In this document: piece after piece, positions 16,701 to 35,944 of the stretch
How the letters are laid out: the number at the start of each line of letters is the position of its first letter
Position numbering within the stretch: position 1 is the stretch's first letter
NCBI GenBank assembly: GCA_964016885.1
Contig: OZ024751.1
Coordinates: 43,958,001 to 44,022,000, forward strand
Direction of reading: 5' to 3'
Origin: Eledone cirrhosa
Taxonomy: Eukaryota
Length of the DNA stretch: 64,000 nt
The notes under the pieces: generated by a model
Databases searched by the model: none
What the model was told of the DNA's origin: nothing
Seen by the model: only the letters and a program-made list of their open reading frames with translations
Program-made: the position numbers and the translations under genes

Positions 16701-17422
16701 TATATATATATGAATTTATACACACACACGAAACGTGTAGCAAAAAGAGAACTATTAAAATTAACACAACGATCACCTCCACCACCAATACCACCTTCAC
16801 CACCACCACCACCTTCACCAACAATAAACCCCCCCATACCCCCCATCATCACCACCGCCTTCACCACCACCACCTTCACCACCAATACCACCACCACCAC
16901 CACCACCACCACCACCAATACCACCACCACCACCAATACCACCACCACCTCCACCATCAATGCCACCACCAATACCACCACCACCATCACCACCAATACC
17001 CCCATACCCCATACCCCCCTTCCGATCATCACCACCACCTTCACCACCACCACCTTCACCACCAATACCACCACCACCACCACCACCACCACCACCACCA
17101 CCACCACCACCATCATCACCATCACCTTCACCACCAATACCATCACCACCACCACCACCTCCACCATCAATGCCACCACCAATACCCCCCCCCACATCCC
17201 AACATCACACCCCCACCCCCATCATCATCACCACCACCACCACCATCATCATCACCACCACCACCACCACCAATACCACCACCACCTCCTCCACCACCAG
17301 TTACAACACTAACGTAGGAGATTACCTAAACACGAGAGGAAAAAGTATCATTATTTTTATTATTATTATTATTATTGTTATTATTATTTAATAATATCAA
17401 TAATAATAATAACAATTATGGC

Positions 17423-17459
<37 letters not shown>

Positions 17460-17708
17460 ACGGACCTAAGAAATGGGTGTGGAGTGGTGGTTGGTCGGTG
17501 GGGGTGTGATGAATGTTCTGGAGAAAAAGCTTGTTAAATCAGCTTCGTCTATGTTATAAGAAACATTGAAATTCTATAAGGGTTGGTTCTCAATGATTTG
17601 AGATTAATTTTTACACTGAATTCAATATATATGTAAATTGTTATCTATATCTTATCTACCTGTCTATCTATATATACCTATATCCATATCAATATCTCTC
17701 TACCACCC

Positions 17709-17783
<75 letters not shown>

Positions 17784-17951
17784 GTATATATATATGTATA
17801 TATATATGTATGTATATATATACATGTATATGTTTATACACAAATAAATATACCTATATATCTTATATAATTATATATCTATATATCTATACATCTATAT
17901 CTTTATATCTACATCAATCTATATCTATCTATATATCTATATATGTATATG

Positions 17952-17983
<32 letters not shown>

Positions 17984-18000
17984 TATAATATAATTCTTTA

Positions 18001-18149
<149 letters not shown>

Positions 18150-18427
18150 GTATATATATATATATGTACTTATATATCTAATTATATATCTATATATCTA
18201 TATCCATATAATATTATATGTGAACTGAATTAAAAAGAAACAAAACGTCAACACAAACATAGAACATAACACATACATACACACACATGTAACGCATACA
18301 TACATACATACACACACATAACACATACATACACACACACATAACACATACATACACAAACACATATACATACTCACACAAACAAAAGCAAAGCAAGTTT
18401 TATAATTTTGCTGTTGTTGTTGTTGTA

Positions 18428-18461
<34 letters not shown>

Positions 18462-18621
18462 GCTGTTTATCTTCTAACTGGAGGCAATAATGTCTTGTTG
18501 AACCATCAAAACCATTTATGGAACCATATTCCAACTTTTGGCATCAATGTTCTATTTATGTCGAAATATTAAACTCCATAGAAACAATAAATTGACAATA
18601 ATTTATTACGATATCTCCCCC

Positions 18622-18679
<58 letters not shown>

Positions 18680-18692
18680 CTCTCTCTTTCTG

Positions 18693-18757
<65 letters not shown>

Positions 18758-18777
18758 GTATATATATATATATACAT

Positions 18778-18837
<60 letters not shown>

Positions 18838-18840
18838 ATG

Positions 18841-18875
<35 letters not shown>

Positions 18876-18878
18876 GTG

Positions 18879-18925
<47 letters not shown>

Positions 18926-18928
18926 GTG

Positions 18929-18979
<51 letters not shown>

Positions 18980-18986
18980 GTGTATG

Positions 18987-19151
<165 letters not shown>

Positions 19152-19160
19152 TATATGCAG

Positions 19161-19203
<43 letters not shown>

Positions 19204-19288
19204 TGAAATCTACAGGAATACAAATTTCAAATGCTAAAATAATGAGACTAAAGTCGTTTCAATGTTAACACCCACACACACATACACA

Positions 19289-19320
<32 letters not shown>

Positions 19321-19321
19321 T

Positions 19322-19361
<40 letters not shown>

Positions 19362-21049
19362 GAAAAGATTCAGGGCGCCGACGACTGAGCTCCGGCCGTT
19401 TCGAGTATGTATATACTTACACATACATACATATGGCTGGATGGCTGGAAAAGAGTATATATGTAAAGCTTGTTGAAATACTAGGCTATTACGTATCTTC
19501 AGATCACATGACCTATAACAAATACTAGGCTGATTATAGTGAGGAATGGGCGCAGCATGGCCAAAGGGCTAAGAGCTTCTCTTTGCAAACGTTGTGTTGC
19601 GTATTTGATTCCACTGCATGGCATCTTCACCTACCATTTGTCATATCCCTCTTAACTCTTGTCCCTTTTCTATCTTCCGACGAAGGACTGGTATCCGAAA
19701 CATTATGACAGTTTTCTAACCATATCAAGTGTTAAACTAATATACTATTATTGCTTTGTATTCAGCAGTTGGTTTGCCATGTTGACTTTTCTTGTACATA
19801 CATGCAAACATACTCACAAACATACATACTTAAATACATACATAGATACATGTATATATATGTATACATATATGTATGTATATATGTGCAAATGTATATG
19901 TTTTTATATACGCACATATCTTCATGTATATGAATATGAATGCATCTACATGTATATTTGTATGTTTTTAAATACACATACATACACACATGCATAGATA
20001 GATAGATACATACATACATACATACATACACACATACATACTCACACACAACCTCATACATACATACACACAGCCATACCCTCAAATGTATATGTTTTTA
20101 TATACGCACATATCTTCATGTATATGAATATGAATGCATCTACATGTATATTTGTATGTTTTTAAATACACATACATACACACATACATAGATAGATAGA
20201 TACATACCTACATACATACACACAGACATACTCACACACAACCTCATACATACATACACACAGCCATACCCTCATACACACACATATATAATCATATATA
20301 TGTATATATATCTTCAAGCCGTGGTGATGAATACATTGATATGTTTGTCCAAGTAAAGAGAATTGTTCTGTTATGAGCTATACACAGCTTCCGGTTAAAT
20401 ATAACATAATCTGTCATTTTACTTTTAAATATCAACGCCATTTTCTTTTTCACATTTTGTTATAGTTTCTTCTTAATATTGTTGCAGCTTGCTTTGTTAC
20501 CTTCGTCACCGCCATTGTTGCTGCTACTACTGTTACTACAGTTGTTATTGTTGTTGTTGGTGTTGTTGGTGGTGTTGTTATTGTTGTTGTTGGTGTTGTG
20601 TTGCCCCAGGCATCGTTTGTGTTGTTTATATTACTATAATATTCTTGTTGTTGTTGTTATTCGTAATATTATCAACATTACTATTACCGCTGTTTCTAGC
20701 GGTTGTCTTCACTATATTTTTATCAACTCTTATTGTTGTTGTTGGTGCTGTTGTAGTTGTTGTTGTAGTTGTTGTTGGTCTTGTTGTTGTTGTTATTGAT
20801 GTTTTGATGATTATTGCTATGTTCAATGTTATGCTTAACGTTATGCATAATGTCATCATCATCATCATACCAGACCCCCCCCCCCATCACCACCACCACC
20901 ACTACTACCACCACCACCCCGCCACCACCACAACCATCATAAGAATATTTCTTGGTATTCGTTCCTTTACTTTGTGCTTTGCGTTCAAATCTCACAGAAA
21001 TTATTTTTGCTTTTCATTTCTTCGGGGTCGATAAATAAAGTCCCAATTG

Positions 21050-21220
21050 AGTACTAAGTTAAATACTAGTTAAGTACTAGTTAAGTTTTGAGTTAAGTAC
21101 AGATCAGTTCAAGGTCGTTAAATAATGTACTAGTTAAGTAATAGTTAAGTACTAGTTAAGTGTTAGTTATGTAGTAGTCATGTACTAGTTATGTACTAGT
21201 TATGTACTAGTTAAGTACTG
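21050..21220. repeat. 11-bp tandem repeat (GTACTAGTTAA/T) following a SINE core fragment
   Basis: About 12 degenerate copies after TCGGGGTCGATAAATAAAGT (~21022). Confidence 0.7.
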
Positions 21221-22275
21221 GACCGTTTAACCCCCCGCCTTCTCTCTCTCTGGGAATCTGATACGTTAAGGGTCGAGAAAGGAATGTTTCCAGGGCGGTC
21301 CTAATAATTCTTTTTGCATCATTCTTTCAAATTGCTAATACAGAAGAATTATAGCTTGGGTCTACTGTCTGATGATGAATGGTGATGATGATGGTGGTGG
21401 TGATGGTGATGGTGGTGGTGATGGTGGTGGTGATGGTGGTGGTGATGGTGGTGGTGATGGTGGTGGTGGTGGTGATGGTGGTGGTGATGGTGGTGGTGAT
21501 GGTGGTGGTGATGGTGGTGGTGATGATGTTGATGATGATGGTGATGATGGTGATGATGATGTTTATGATGGGGATAATGATAATGATGATGGTGGTGATG
21601 GTGATGGTGATGATGATGTTTATGATGGGGATAATGATAATGATGATGGTGGTGATGGTGATGGTGATGGTGGTGGTGATGGTGGTGATGGTGGTGATGA
21701 TGGTGGTGGTGATGGTGGTGGTGATTCGTGGTGGTGATGATGTTGATGATGATGGTGATGATGGTAATGATGATGTTTATGATGGGGATAATGATAATGA
21801 TGATGGTGGTGATGGTGATGGTGATGATGATGTTTATGATGGGGATAATGATAATGATAATGATGATGGTGGTGATGGTGATGGTGATGATGGTGATGAT
21901 GATGATGATGGTGGTGATGGTGGTGGTGATGGTGGTGGTGGTGGTGATGGTGGTGGTGGTGATGGCGGTAACCAATGCTCTAATAAACTCAACTGTTACT
22001 CTTGTCTTATAGGCTTCAAGTTGCCACACCACATCGCCCCCACCCCTCCAAACACGTATACATACACACATACACACATACACACATACACACGTACACA
22101 CGTGCACACATACACTTTATCGACCTCCTCCCCCTACTGGCAATGTTTCCAAGATGCCCACTGGTGATTTTCACTCAAATACAGTAAAATCCCCATCTTT
22201 GTTATATTGCCTCCTCCCCTCCTCTCTCACTATTCCCCCCTTCTCTCTCTGTCTCATCATTTCTTCCCCTCTCTC

Positions 22276-22316
<41 letters not shown>

Positions 22317-22394
22317 TACTCACACACACACATGCATTCATATATGCCCACACACAGTTATGCATGCATGTGCATATATATATATATATTTATA

Positions 22395-22440
<46 letters not shown>

Positions 22441-22455
22441 ATATGTATATATATG

Positions 22456-22519
<64 letters not shown>

Positions 22520-22592
22520 TATATACTATATATATATATATATATACAGATATACATATGTATATCTGTATATATATATATATATATATATA

Positions 22593-22665
<73 letters not shown>

Positions 22666-22783
22666 TATATACTATATATATATATATATATACAGATATA
22701 CATATATATATATATAAATATATATATATATACAGATATACATATGTATATCTGTATATATATATATATATATATAGTATATA

Positions 22784-22836
<53 letters not shown>

Positions 22837-22876
22837 CTGTATATATATATATGTATAAATATATATATGTACATAT

Positions 22877-22967
<91 letters not shown>

Positions 22968-23373
22968 TATATAAATCACTCTCTCTCACTATCTCTGTTG
23001 TCTCTACTCTCTAACTCTCTGCTTCTCTATCTCTACCTCTCTCTCCTAACAGAGTTATTTACATGGTCAATGTATCTATCTAATTTCCCCTCACTCTCTT
23101 CCTTTGTCTTTCCCATACCACCTCTCTCTCTCACTCTCTCCCTCTCTCCCACCTCTCTCTTGTACTCTCTCTCTGTCTTGCTAATAGATTGATTACCAAA
23201 TTAATTTCCCGCCGGTGTGAACAAATCAGATGTAATATCAATTCTGAGATTTAATTTCGTCTTTTATTAACGTTTCAGCCATTTTAAGCCAAGTAGATAA
23301 ACTGTTTTCACAATTGAATTATGCTCGTTGAACCAACTCATCACTTCTCTCTTTCTGTCTCTCTCTCTCCTGG

Positions 23374-23407
<34 letters not shown>

Positions 23408-23459
23408 GGTATCTCTCTCTCCTGGTCTCCCCCCCTCTCTCTCTCTCTCTCTCTCTACT

Positions 23460-23519
<60 letters not shown>

Positions 23520-23591
23520 CTCTTTGTCTCTCTCTCCTGGTCACTCTTTCTCTCTCTCTCTCCTCTCTCTCCTGATCACACTCTCTCTCTC

Positions 23592-23629
<38 letters not shown>

Positions 23630-23703
23630 ACTCTCCTGGTCTCTCTCTCTCGCTCTCTGTATATATATATATATAATGTATAATGTGACAGAGAGATAAA
23701 GAT

Positions 23704-23811
<108 letters not shown>

Positions 23812-23842
23812 ATAATCTTTATCTCTCTGTCACTCTGTATGA

Positions 23843-23912
<70 letters not shown>

Positions 23913-24144
23913 GACTATCTAATTCTTTATCTACCTCTCCAATTTCTTTGTCAGTCTCTCCGTCACTCTCTTTCTCTCTGTCTCTGTCTCCCTATCTCTC
24001 TATCCCTATACCCCCTCTCTCTATCTATATATCACTCTTTCCTCTCACTCTTCCCCTAGAGATTCTCCTTCACATATTTGTTTCCATGTTTCCATTTCGA
24101 TTTCACTTCAAGCCTCTACATTGTGTGTATATGTGTGTGCATGT

Positions 24145-24206
<62 letters not shown>

Positions 24207-24227
24207 GCATGTGTGTATGTATGTGTA

Positions 24228-24258
<31 letters not shown>

Positions 24259-24764
24259 GTATATGTGTGTGTGTATATGTGTATATGTATATATGTGTGT
24301 ATATGTGAGTATATACGTATATATGTGTGTACATGTGTGTATGTATACATGCATGTATGTGTGTATGTATATATGTGATCATATGCATGCTTGTGTCTGT
24401 GTATATATGTTCCCAGATAATTGCACACACACACACATGTGGATGCAAACGTAGAAACAAATATATACTCACACAAATACGCACACACATACACATATAT
24501 AAACAGAATCACATACACGCGTGCATACACACAGACATACACACACACTAACACAAACAAACGCACAAACACATAAACACACACATATATATGTACAGTA
24601 TATATACACGAAGATACACACACATACACAAACGCAAACAAACACACTGACACAAACACACACATACACGCCCTAACACAAACATACACTCACACAGACA
24701 CACCTTAACACACACATACGTACATATCAAAACACACACGCATACATATCAAAACACACACACA

Positions 24765-27045
24765 CTCACACACACACATCCTAACACAAACACACACTCA
24801 CACACATCCTAACACACACCCTAACACACACTCACACCAACTCACACACACACACACTCACACACTTACACACATACTCTAACACACACATACACACGCT
24901 CACACACATATACAATCACTCACACACACTCACACAAACACACTCATACACACTTACACATACACACCCAAACACTCACACACACGCACACACACACATC
25001 CTACCACCTACACACACTCACACACACAAATCCTACCACCTACACACACTCACACACACACATCCTACCACCTACACACACTCACACACACACAACCTAA
25101 CACACACTCACACACACACATCCTAACACACACTCACACTCACACACACACACATCCTAACACACACTCACACACACACATCCTACCACCTACACACACT
25201 CACACACACACATCCTACCACCTACACACACTCACACACACACATCCCACCACCTACACACACACTCACACACACACATCCTACCACCTACACACACTCA
25301 CACACACACATCCTACCACCTACACACACTCACACACAAACATCCCACCACCTACACACACTCACACACACACATCCTACCACCTACACACACTCACACA
25401 CACACATCCTACCACCTACACACACTCACACACACACATCCCACCACCTACACACACACTCACACACACACATCCTAACACAAACACACACTCACACACA
25501 TCCTAACACACACCCTAACACACACTCACACCAACTCACACACACACACACTCACACACTTACACACATACTCTAACACACACATACACACGCTCACACA
25601 CATATACAATCACTCACACACACTCACACAAACACACTCATACACACTTACACATACACACCCAAACACTCACACACACGCACACACACACATCCTACCA
25701 CCTACACACACTCACACACACAAATCCTACCACCTACACACACTCACACACACACATCCTACCACCTACACACACTCACACACACACAACCTAACACACA
25801 CTCACACACACACATCCTAACACACACTCACACTCACACACACACATCCTAACACACACTCACACACACACATCCTACCACCTACACACACTCACACACA
25901 CACATCCTACCACCTACACACACTCACACACACACATCCTACCACACACTCACACACACACATCCTACCACACACTCACACACACACATCCTACCACCTA
26001 CACACACTCACACACACACAACCTACCACACACTCACACACACACAACCTACCACACACTCACACACACACATCCTACCACCTACACACACTCACACACA
26101 CACATCCTACCACCTACACACACTCACACACACACATCTTACCACCTACACACTCACACACACACACATCCTACCACCTACACACACTCACACACACACA
26201 TCCTACCACCTACACACACTCACACACACACATCCTACCACCTACACACACTCACACACACACATCCTACCACCTACACACACTCACACACACACATCCC
26301 ACCACCTACACACACACTCACACACACACATCCTACCACCTACACACACTCACACACACACATCCTACCACCTACACACACTCACACACACACATCCCAC
26401 CACCTACACACACTCACACACACACATCCTACCACCTACACACACTCACACACACACATCCTACCACCTACACACACTCACACACACACATCCCACCACC
26501 TACACACACACTCACACACACACATCCTACCACATACACACACTCACACACACACATCCTACCACCTACACACACACACACACACACATCCTACCACCTA
26601 CACACACTCACACACACACATGCTACCACCTACACACACACACACACACATCCTAGCACCTACACACACTCACACACACACATCCCACCACCTACACACA
26701 CTCACACACACACATCCTACCACCTACACACACTCACACACACACATCCTAACACACACTCACACATCCTACCACCTACACACACATCCAAACACACACT
26801 AACACACACACATCCTACCACCTACACACACTCACACACACACATCCCACCACCTACACACACTCACACACTCACATCCTACCACCTACACACACTCACA
26901 CACACACATCCTACCACCTACACACACTCACACACACACAACCTAACACACACTCACACACACACATCCCACCACCTACACACACTCACACACACACAAC
27001 CTAACACACACTCACACACACACATCCCACCACCTACACACACCA
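24765..27045. repeat. ~32-bp CA-derived minisatellite (CACACACTCACACACACACATCCTACCACCTA) with an internal ~0.7 kb higher-order duplication
   Basis: The block beginning CATCCTAACACAAACACACACT occurs at ~24777 and again at ~25471. Confidence 0.85.
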
Positions 27046-27209
27046 GTCCCCTCTAGCTCCTCTTTATTGTCTTTAATGGAGATTTTCATGTTTCAATTAA
27101 CTTTTCTAATTTTACAAATTCTTTTATTTCCAACGAAAATTCCGCACATTCCATTTGGTGTTAATGATAACAAAGTGGATGTATATATACATATGTATAT
27201 ATATATATG

Positions 27210-27312
<103 letters not shown>

Positions 27313-27352
27313 ATATATATGTATATATGTATATATATATATATATACATAC

Positions 27353-27439
<87 letters not shown>

Positions 27440-27478
27440 ATATATATATATATAATATATATATATATATATACATAC

Positions 27479-27516
<38 letters not shown>

Positions 27517-27568
27517 GTATATATATATATAATATATATATGTTTGTATATAAATATATATATGTATA

Positions 27569-27712
<144 letters not shown>

Positions 27713-27841
27713 TGTATATAAATATATATATATATATATATCGATATTCGCTTAGGTATAATCAATCGGTTGTGAGAGCAATAGCTTTTCCTTGAGTGGA
27801 TACTAACTGTCCATATACATAGATAGATAGATATATACATG

Positions 27842-27960
<119 letters not shown>

Positions 27961-28475
27961 TGTTATACTTGGGGAGGGTCATATTTGCGTAATATTGCCA
28001 GAATTAATAACAGAACACACTCACTGTTTGGTTGGTTTTCGCTTCTCGCTGTCTTTTATATCTGCGATCTAACTTAATCGGTCCTCAATGTTGCCATTGA
28101 CTGACCGACGGTCAAAAATAATACAGATACAATATAGACACAAACACATATATATAGTTTACATAATTTCTATAAATCTTTCGTTGCACATCTGCAACAT
28201 CGTCAGTGGTGTTATATTCTTTGTTCCTCCTGTTGTGTTGTATGTCTACGCCATTTTTTATTCAGTCTGTCTATATATTTATTTATTTATTTATTTGCTT
28301 GTTTGTTTATCTTATTTTATTTTGTCTTCTTTGCGCATGCGTTTGCGTGTGTGCATAGTGTTATGTGTGCTGTGTGACTAGTGTGTATAGTGTTGTGTCT
28401 GCTGGGTGACTAGTGTGTGTTTATGTGCTTGTTGTTATTGTGCTTGTGTATGTATTTATTTATCTTATTTTATTA
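27961..28475 (-). mobile_element. Family N (TA)n-embedded element with a partial hammerhead (28179-28206, minus)
   Basis: Near-identical inverted copy at ~54810-55315 and a 3' fragment at 32285-32354. CTGACGA T-GTTGCA-GATG-TGCAAC GAAA is present but stem I is not convincing. Confidence 0.7.
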
Positions 28476-28519
28476 TATGTATTATATGTATTATATATAT
28501 TATATATGTATTATTATAT

Positions 28520-28594
<75 letters not shown>

Positions 28595-28836
28595 GTATAT
28601 ATGTATATATATATATACATACATATATATATATATATATTTATCTTATTTTATTATATGTATTATATGTATTATATATATTATATATGTATTATTATAT
28701 ATACATATATATATATATGTATATATATATGTATATATGTATATATATATATATATACATACATATACATATATATTTATCTTATTTTATTATATGTATT
28801 ATATGTATTATATATATTTTATATGTATTATTATAT

Positions 28837-28899
<63 letters not shown>

Positions 28900-28935
28900 G
28901 TATATATGTATATATATATACATACATATATATAA

Positions 28936-29074
<139 letters not shown>

Positions 29075-29089
29075 TAGGTATATACATGC

Positions 29090-29121
<32 letters not shown>

Positions 29122-29289
29122 GCAGGACGCTGAGTTAAAGGCAGGTAATGACCAGAGGAATACGATCACGAATGCAGGGTGCCGAAATGGGGGTCCGTCG
29201 ATAGGGTCCGTGACTCAGAGATCAGGGAGTGACCCTACCTAGAGCCGTAACTTCTCCGAATCAAGAGTTTACAGTTCCGGTACTATGGA

Positions 29290-29538
29290 CATGTGGTTAG
29301 AATGAAAGCAAAGAATCGCTGGACAGCTTATGGGCAATGGCAAAGGGCAGGAGAGATCGTCGGGGAGATAGAACATAAGCAAGATGGTTGGATAACAACC
29401 AGGAGCTTGGCTGATCTTGCTTGGGGATCTATTCAAATCATTTGGAGATGGTTGTTTCTGTTACGTTGCCTTAGGAAGCGTGTCTATGGACTCTGCTCGC
29501 ACGAACCTGCCAGGAAGAACTAGTCGAAGACGAAGACG

Positions 29539-29540
<2 letters not shown>
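29290..29540 (+). mobile_element. Degenerate RTE-like LINE 3' end
   Basis: Remnant RWLDN motif and a short GAAGAC-type tail before (TA)n. Confidence 0.4.
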
Positions 29541-29617
<77 letters not shown>

Positions 29618-29803
29618 GAATATATATATATATATACGAATTAGTACGTTGATTATTGCCCAAATTCAAAACTCGATAATTATTAAAATATGGCGGACTA
29701 ATATACTCGTATTTTTTTGGAAAGCTGTATACGTGTATATGTGTATATGTATATGTATGTATGATAGATATATACGCATATACATATATACATGTATATA
29801 TAT

Positions 29804-29928
<125 letters not shown>

Positions 29929-29973
29929 GTGACGAAACATAAGTCAATTGCATGAACTCATAATCATTTATTT

Positions 29974-30029
29974 ACTGCTATATATATTTCGATGATAGCC
30001 ATTGAATGGCTATGACCTCATCAGGCAGT
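29974..30029 (-). ncRNA. Type I hammerhead motif, family J
   Basis: Minus strand: ACTGC CTGATGA GGTC-ATAGCCATT-C-AATGGCTAT-CATC GAAA TATATA TA GCAGT. The family's 3' tail recurs at ~37848-37900. Confidence 0.8.
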
Positions 30030-30276
30030 TAGTCAGTTCTTAGATACGCCAGCTCTGTGTGTATAGTGTTGATGGTATGAGAGCCTTGGGACATATGAGC
30101 TTGTTAGGAATATTTTGATGTTGTCAGCAGGAATAGTCTTGATTCTCATTATATATATATATATACATACTCCTCGGAGGACTAACAAGACACCCAGGAG
30201 ATGGACATATCGATGTATTGACAGAGTGAAACACACTTCAACAACCTGTGTACCTGTCTTTTCCACACCAATTCAG

Positions 30277-30331
30277 ACTACCTGAAGAGGTCACAGCCAA
30301 TGATGGATGTCACAGAAATATATATAGCAGT
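30277..30331 (+). ncRNA. Diverged type I hammerhead motif, family J-like
   Basis: ACTAC CTGAAGA GGTCACAGCCAATGATGGATGTCACA GAAA TATATA TA GCAGT; one stem I mismatch, weakened stem II. Confidence 0.6.
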
Positions 30332-30387
30332 AAATTTATAATTTATAATAAACGAAGCCAAATTTTACATATTTGACTTACTTATTT

Positions 30388-30470
<83 letters not shown>

Positions 30471-30491
30471 ACATATTTGACTTACTTATTT

Positions 30492-31381
<890 letters not shown>

Positions 31382-31396
31382 TATATATATATATAT

Positions 31397-31488
31397 AACG
31401 AAGGAAATGTGGTAAGGAACCAGGTGGACCATAACGCACCAAAGTACTCAATACTTAGGGTAGTAGAGTGGGTAATAGGAACGAGTAG
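31397..31488 (-). mobile_element. Family F 3' tail fragment
   Basis: Minus strand TACCCACTCTACTACCCTAAGTATTGAGTACTTTGGTGCGTTATGGTCCACCTGGTTCCTTACCACATTTCCTTCGTTA, shared with copies at ~5610-5730, 53702, 58259 and 62460. Confidence 0.75.
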
Positions 31489-31574
<86 letters not shown>

Positions 31575-31832
31575 TCTAGGGTGGGTAAAATTCCCGAGAT
31601 CCATGGACGAGTTCTCTCCAGCGGTCTCTGTCCCTCATTATCTTTGCCATGTCCTGCGTTTGCAAGAGATCAGTGTCTGTCCTTAGGGCATCAACATATG
31701 TTAACCTCGGTCTTCCTCTTGCAGTGTGTCCATGCAGGGGCTCCCACAGGAGCACTGAGTGCAGTGTCATCTCTGGATGTCGGTGAGCTTGTCCAGCTAA
31801 CCTCAGTCTTCTCTGGGCTACTCTCGAGCTGA
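31575..31832 (-). mobile_element. RTE-like LINE 3' fragment
   Basis: RRLRLAG and LLWEPLHGHTARGRPRLTYVD...DRDRWRELV match the RTE ORF C-terminus. Confidence 0.75.
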
Positions 31833-31839
31833 CTTATAT

Positions 31840-32156
31840 ATATATATTTCAAGGGTACCAAAAACTTTGGTACGCTTTCATCAAGGAATACTTCAACTAA
31901 ATAAAGAATACTTCAACTGATAAGGTATGTTCCTTGGCTATGTCAAAATTTATAAAACACACTTTGTATTTTATCTGATGAAAGCGTACTAAAGTTTTTG
32001 GTACCCTTGAAATATATATAATTGTTTTTACTTTTGGCACAAGTCCAGCAATTATCCCAATGTATTACTGGTACTTTATTTTATCGACTCCGTAAGGATG
32101 AATATATAATAGAATAAATATGGTTTTATAAATATAGTTTCCATTTATTTAATATC
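31840..32156. mobile_element. Family A-related element with a short inverted arm; plus-strand hammerhead (31968-32020 plus 32109-32115) split by a SINE fragment
   Basis: ATTTTAT CTGATGA AAGC-GTACTAAAG-TT-TTTGGTAC-CCTT GAAA TATATA TA [SINE 32021-32100] ATAGAAT, then family A tail AAATATGGTTTTATAAATATAGTTTCCATTT. Confidence 0.7.
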
Positions 32157-32349
32157 ATTGTATATATATATATACATACATACATTGTTTTTACTTTTGG
32201 CACAAGTCCAGCAATTATTCCAGTTTATTACTGGTACTTTATTGTATCGACCCCGTAAGGATGAATATATAATAGAATAATAATAAACAGTGAGTGTGTT
32301 CTGTTATTAATTCTGGCAATATTACACAAATATGACCCTCCCCAAGTAT

Positions 32350-33411
<1,062 letters not shown>

Positions 33412-33419
<8 letters not shown>

Positions 33420-33805
33420 TAAAAGGAATTCCAACTTTGTTTGATTTACTCTTTTTATTTACAATCCTTTAAAATTTATAATGGTATTAGAATAAAATAG
33501 TATGGCGGAATATTAAATGTTAAGTGTTAATTGAACAAGTACTTTCATGCTTTCACAATCTTCAGGTTCATAATGTGTGGTGACAGTCAAGTTTGCAATT
33601 TTCAATTGCAGTTGAAAATTGCAAACTTGACTGTCACCACACATCATGAACCTGAAGATTGCGAAAGCATGAAAGTACTTGTTCAATTAACACTTAACAT
33701 TTAATATTCCGCCATACTATTTTATTCTAATACCATTATAAATTTTAAAGGATTGTAAATAAAACGAGTAAATCAGACAAAGTTGGAATTCCTCTTATTA
33801 ATATA
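33412..33805. mobile_element. Family E fold-back element; hammerheads at 33533-33569 (-) and 33648-33684 (+)
   Basis: 394-bp palindrome centred on TGCA (33607-33610). Motif GAAC CTGAAGA T-TGC-GAAA-GCA-T GAAA GTAC TT GTTC. Confidence 0.8.
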
Positions 33806-33839
33806 ATCTTCTATACACAATCATACACACCCGTGTATA

Positions 33840-34061
<222 letters not shown>

Positions 34062-34228
34062 ACCACAAAGCCTCCATCTCAATTTTACTTTTGAAAAGCA
34101 TAAAAACTGTGAAACAGGTAAAGGTAAATATATCAATAATAACAATAATATCGATCTTTATAACTACTATGTCATAGACACTTTATATTAATTATTCCTC
34201 TTACATTCCGTTATATTGACTACTACTG

Positions 34229-34273
<45 letters not shown>

Positions 34274-34300
34274 TAACTACTACTACTAGTGCTGCTGCTG

Positions 34301-34350
<50 letters not shown>

Positions 34351-34372
34351 GATCTGCTACTACTACTACTAG

Positions 34373-34443
<71 letters not shown>

Positions 34444-34539
34444 TTACTACTACTACTACTACTACTACTACTAGTGCTCTGCTACTACTAGAAGTCCTAC
34501 TACTACTACTACTACTAATACTAATACTTCTACTACTAT

Positions 34540-34585
<46 letters not shown>

Positions 34586-34607
34586 GCTGCTGTTGCTGCT
34601 GCTGCTG

Positions 34608-34679
<72 letters not shown>

Positions 34680-35944
34680 GATTTCATATCCTTTCTTTTC
34701 ATTGCATGCTAATATTTTCGCGCATTCGCCTTTTGTCTTTCTCTTCCTTAAGTTTCTTTCTTTCTTTCTATCTTTCTTTCTTTCAATGTCACCCATTCCC
34801 ACCACCACCACCACCACCAACCCCACCACCACCGCCACTACACCACCACCACCACCACCACCATTACCACCACCATCACCACCACCATTACCACCACCAT
34901 CACCACCACCATCACCACCACCATTAACACCACCACCACCACTACACCACCACCATTACCACCACCACCACCACCACCACCATTACCACCACCACCACCA
35001 TTACCACCACCATTACCACCACCATCACCACCACCATTACCACCACCATCACCACCACCACCACCACCACCACCACCACCACCACCACCACCACCACCAC
35101 CATCACCACCACCACCACCTGCTTCTCTCTTCTGTGTGCTCTTCCCCGTCTCTCTCTCTTTCTGCTCGATTTGTTTCTCTCTCTCTCTCTCTCTCTGCTG
35201 CATGCTCTGTCTCTCTCTTTCTCCCTCTCTCTATGTCGTGCTCTCTGTCTCTACGGCTCGCTCTATTTTTCCCTCTATCTTTCTCTCTGTGTCTGTCATT
35301 CTCTCTCTCTCTCTCCCTCTTCCTCTGTCCTTCTCTCTCCCTCTTCCTCTGTCCTTCTCTCTCTTTTTGCTGCTCCCTCTGTTTCTCCCCCCTCTCTCTC
35401 TCTGTCCCTGTCATTCTCTCTCTCTTTCTCTTTCTCTCTGTCTGTTTCTCTGTCATTCTCTCTCTCTGCTGCTCGCTCTGTTTCTCTCTTTCTCCCCCCC
35501 CCCTCTCTCTGCCTGCCTCTCATTGTCATTCTTACTCTCACTTCCACTCCCACCACACACATCTCCTCCATCAACTCCCCCTCCGCCACCTTTCCATCTC
35601 TTCTCCCCTCCCCCCACTTCATATTCACCGCTCTGTCAGTTACTTCCTCCTCCTCCCTCACTACTCTCATCTCACACTCCGCCTACTCTTCTCTTTGCTA
35701 CTCTCCACCCCTTTCTTCACATCTCTCTACTCTACCTTTCACTCACATCTATTCCGTCAGTCATTTCCCCCTCCCTCTTCTCTACTTCCTCCGACCACAG
35801 TTCATTCCATCCTCCCTCCCCCTTCATCCCGCTCTTCCGTCATTCACTTCCTCCCTCTACCTTGTCTACTCCCACTACAACTCACGCTTCATCCCTCCTC
35901 CCCTCTCTCGGTACAGTTTATCTCTTTAGGCTACCACTGATTCC

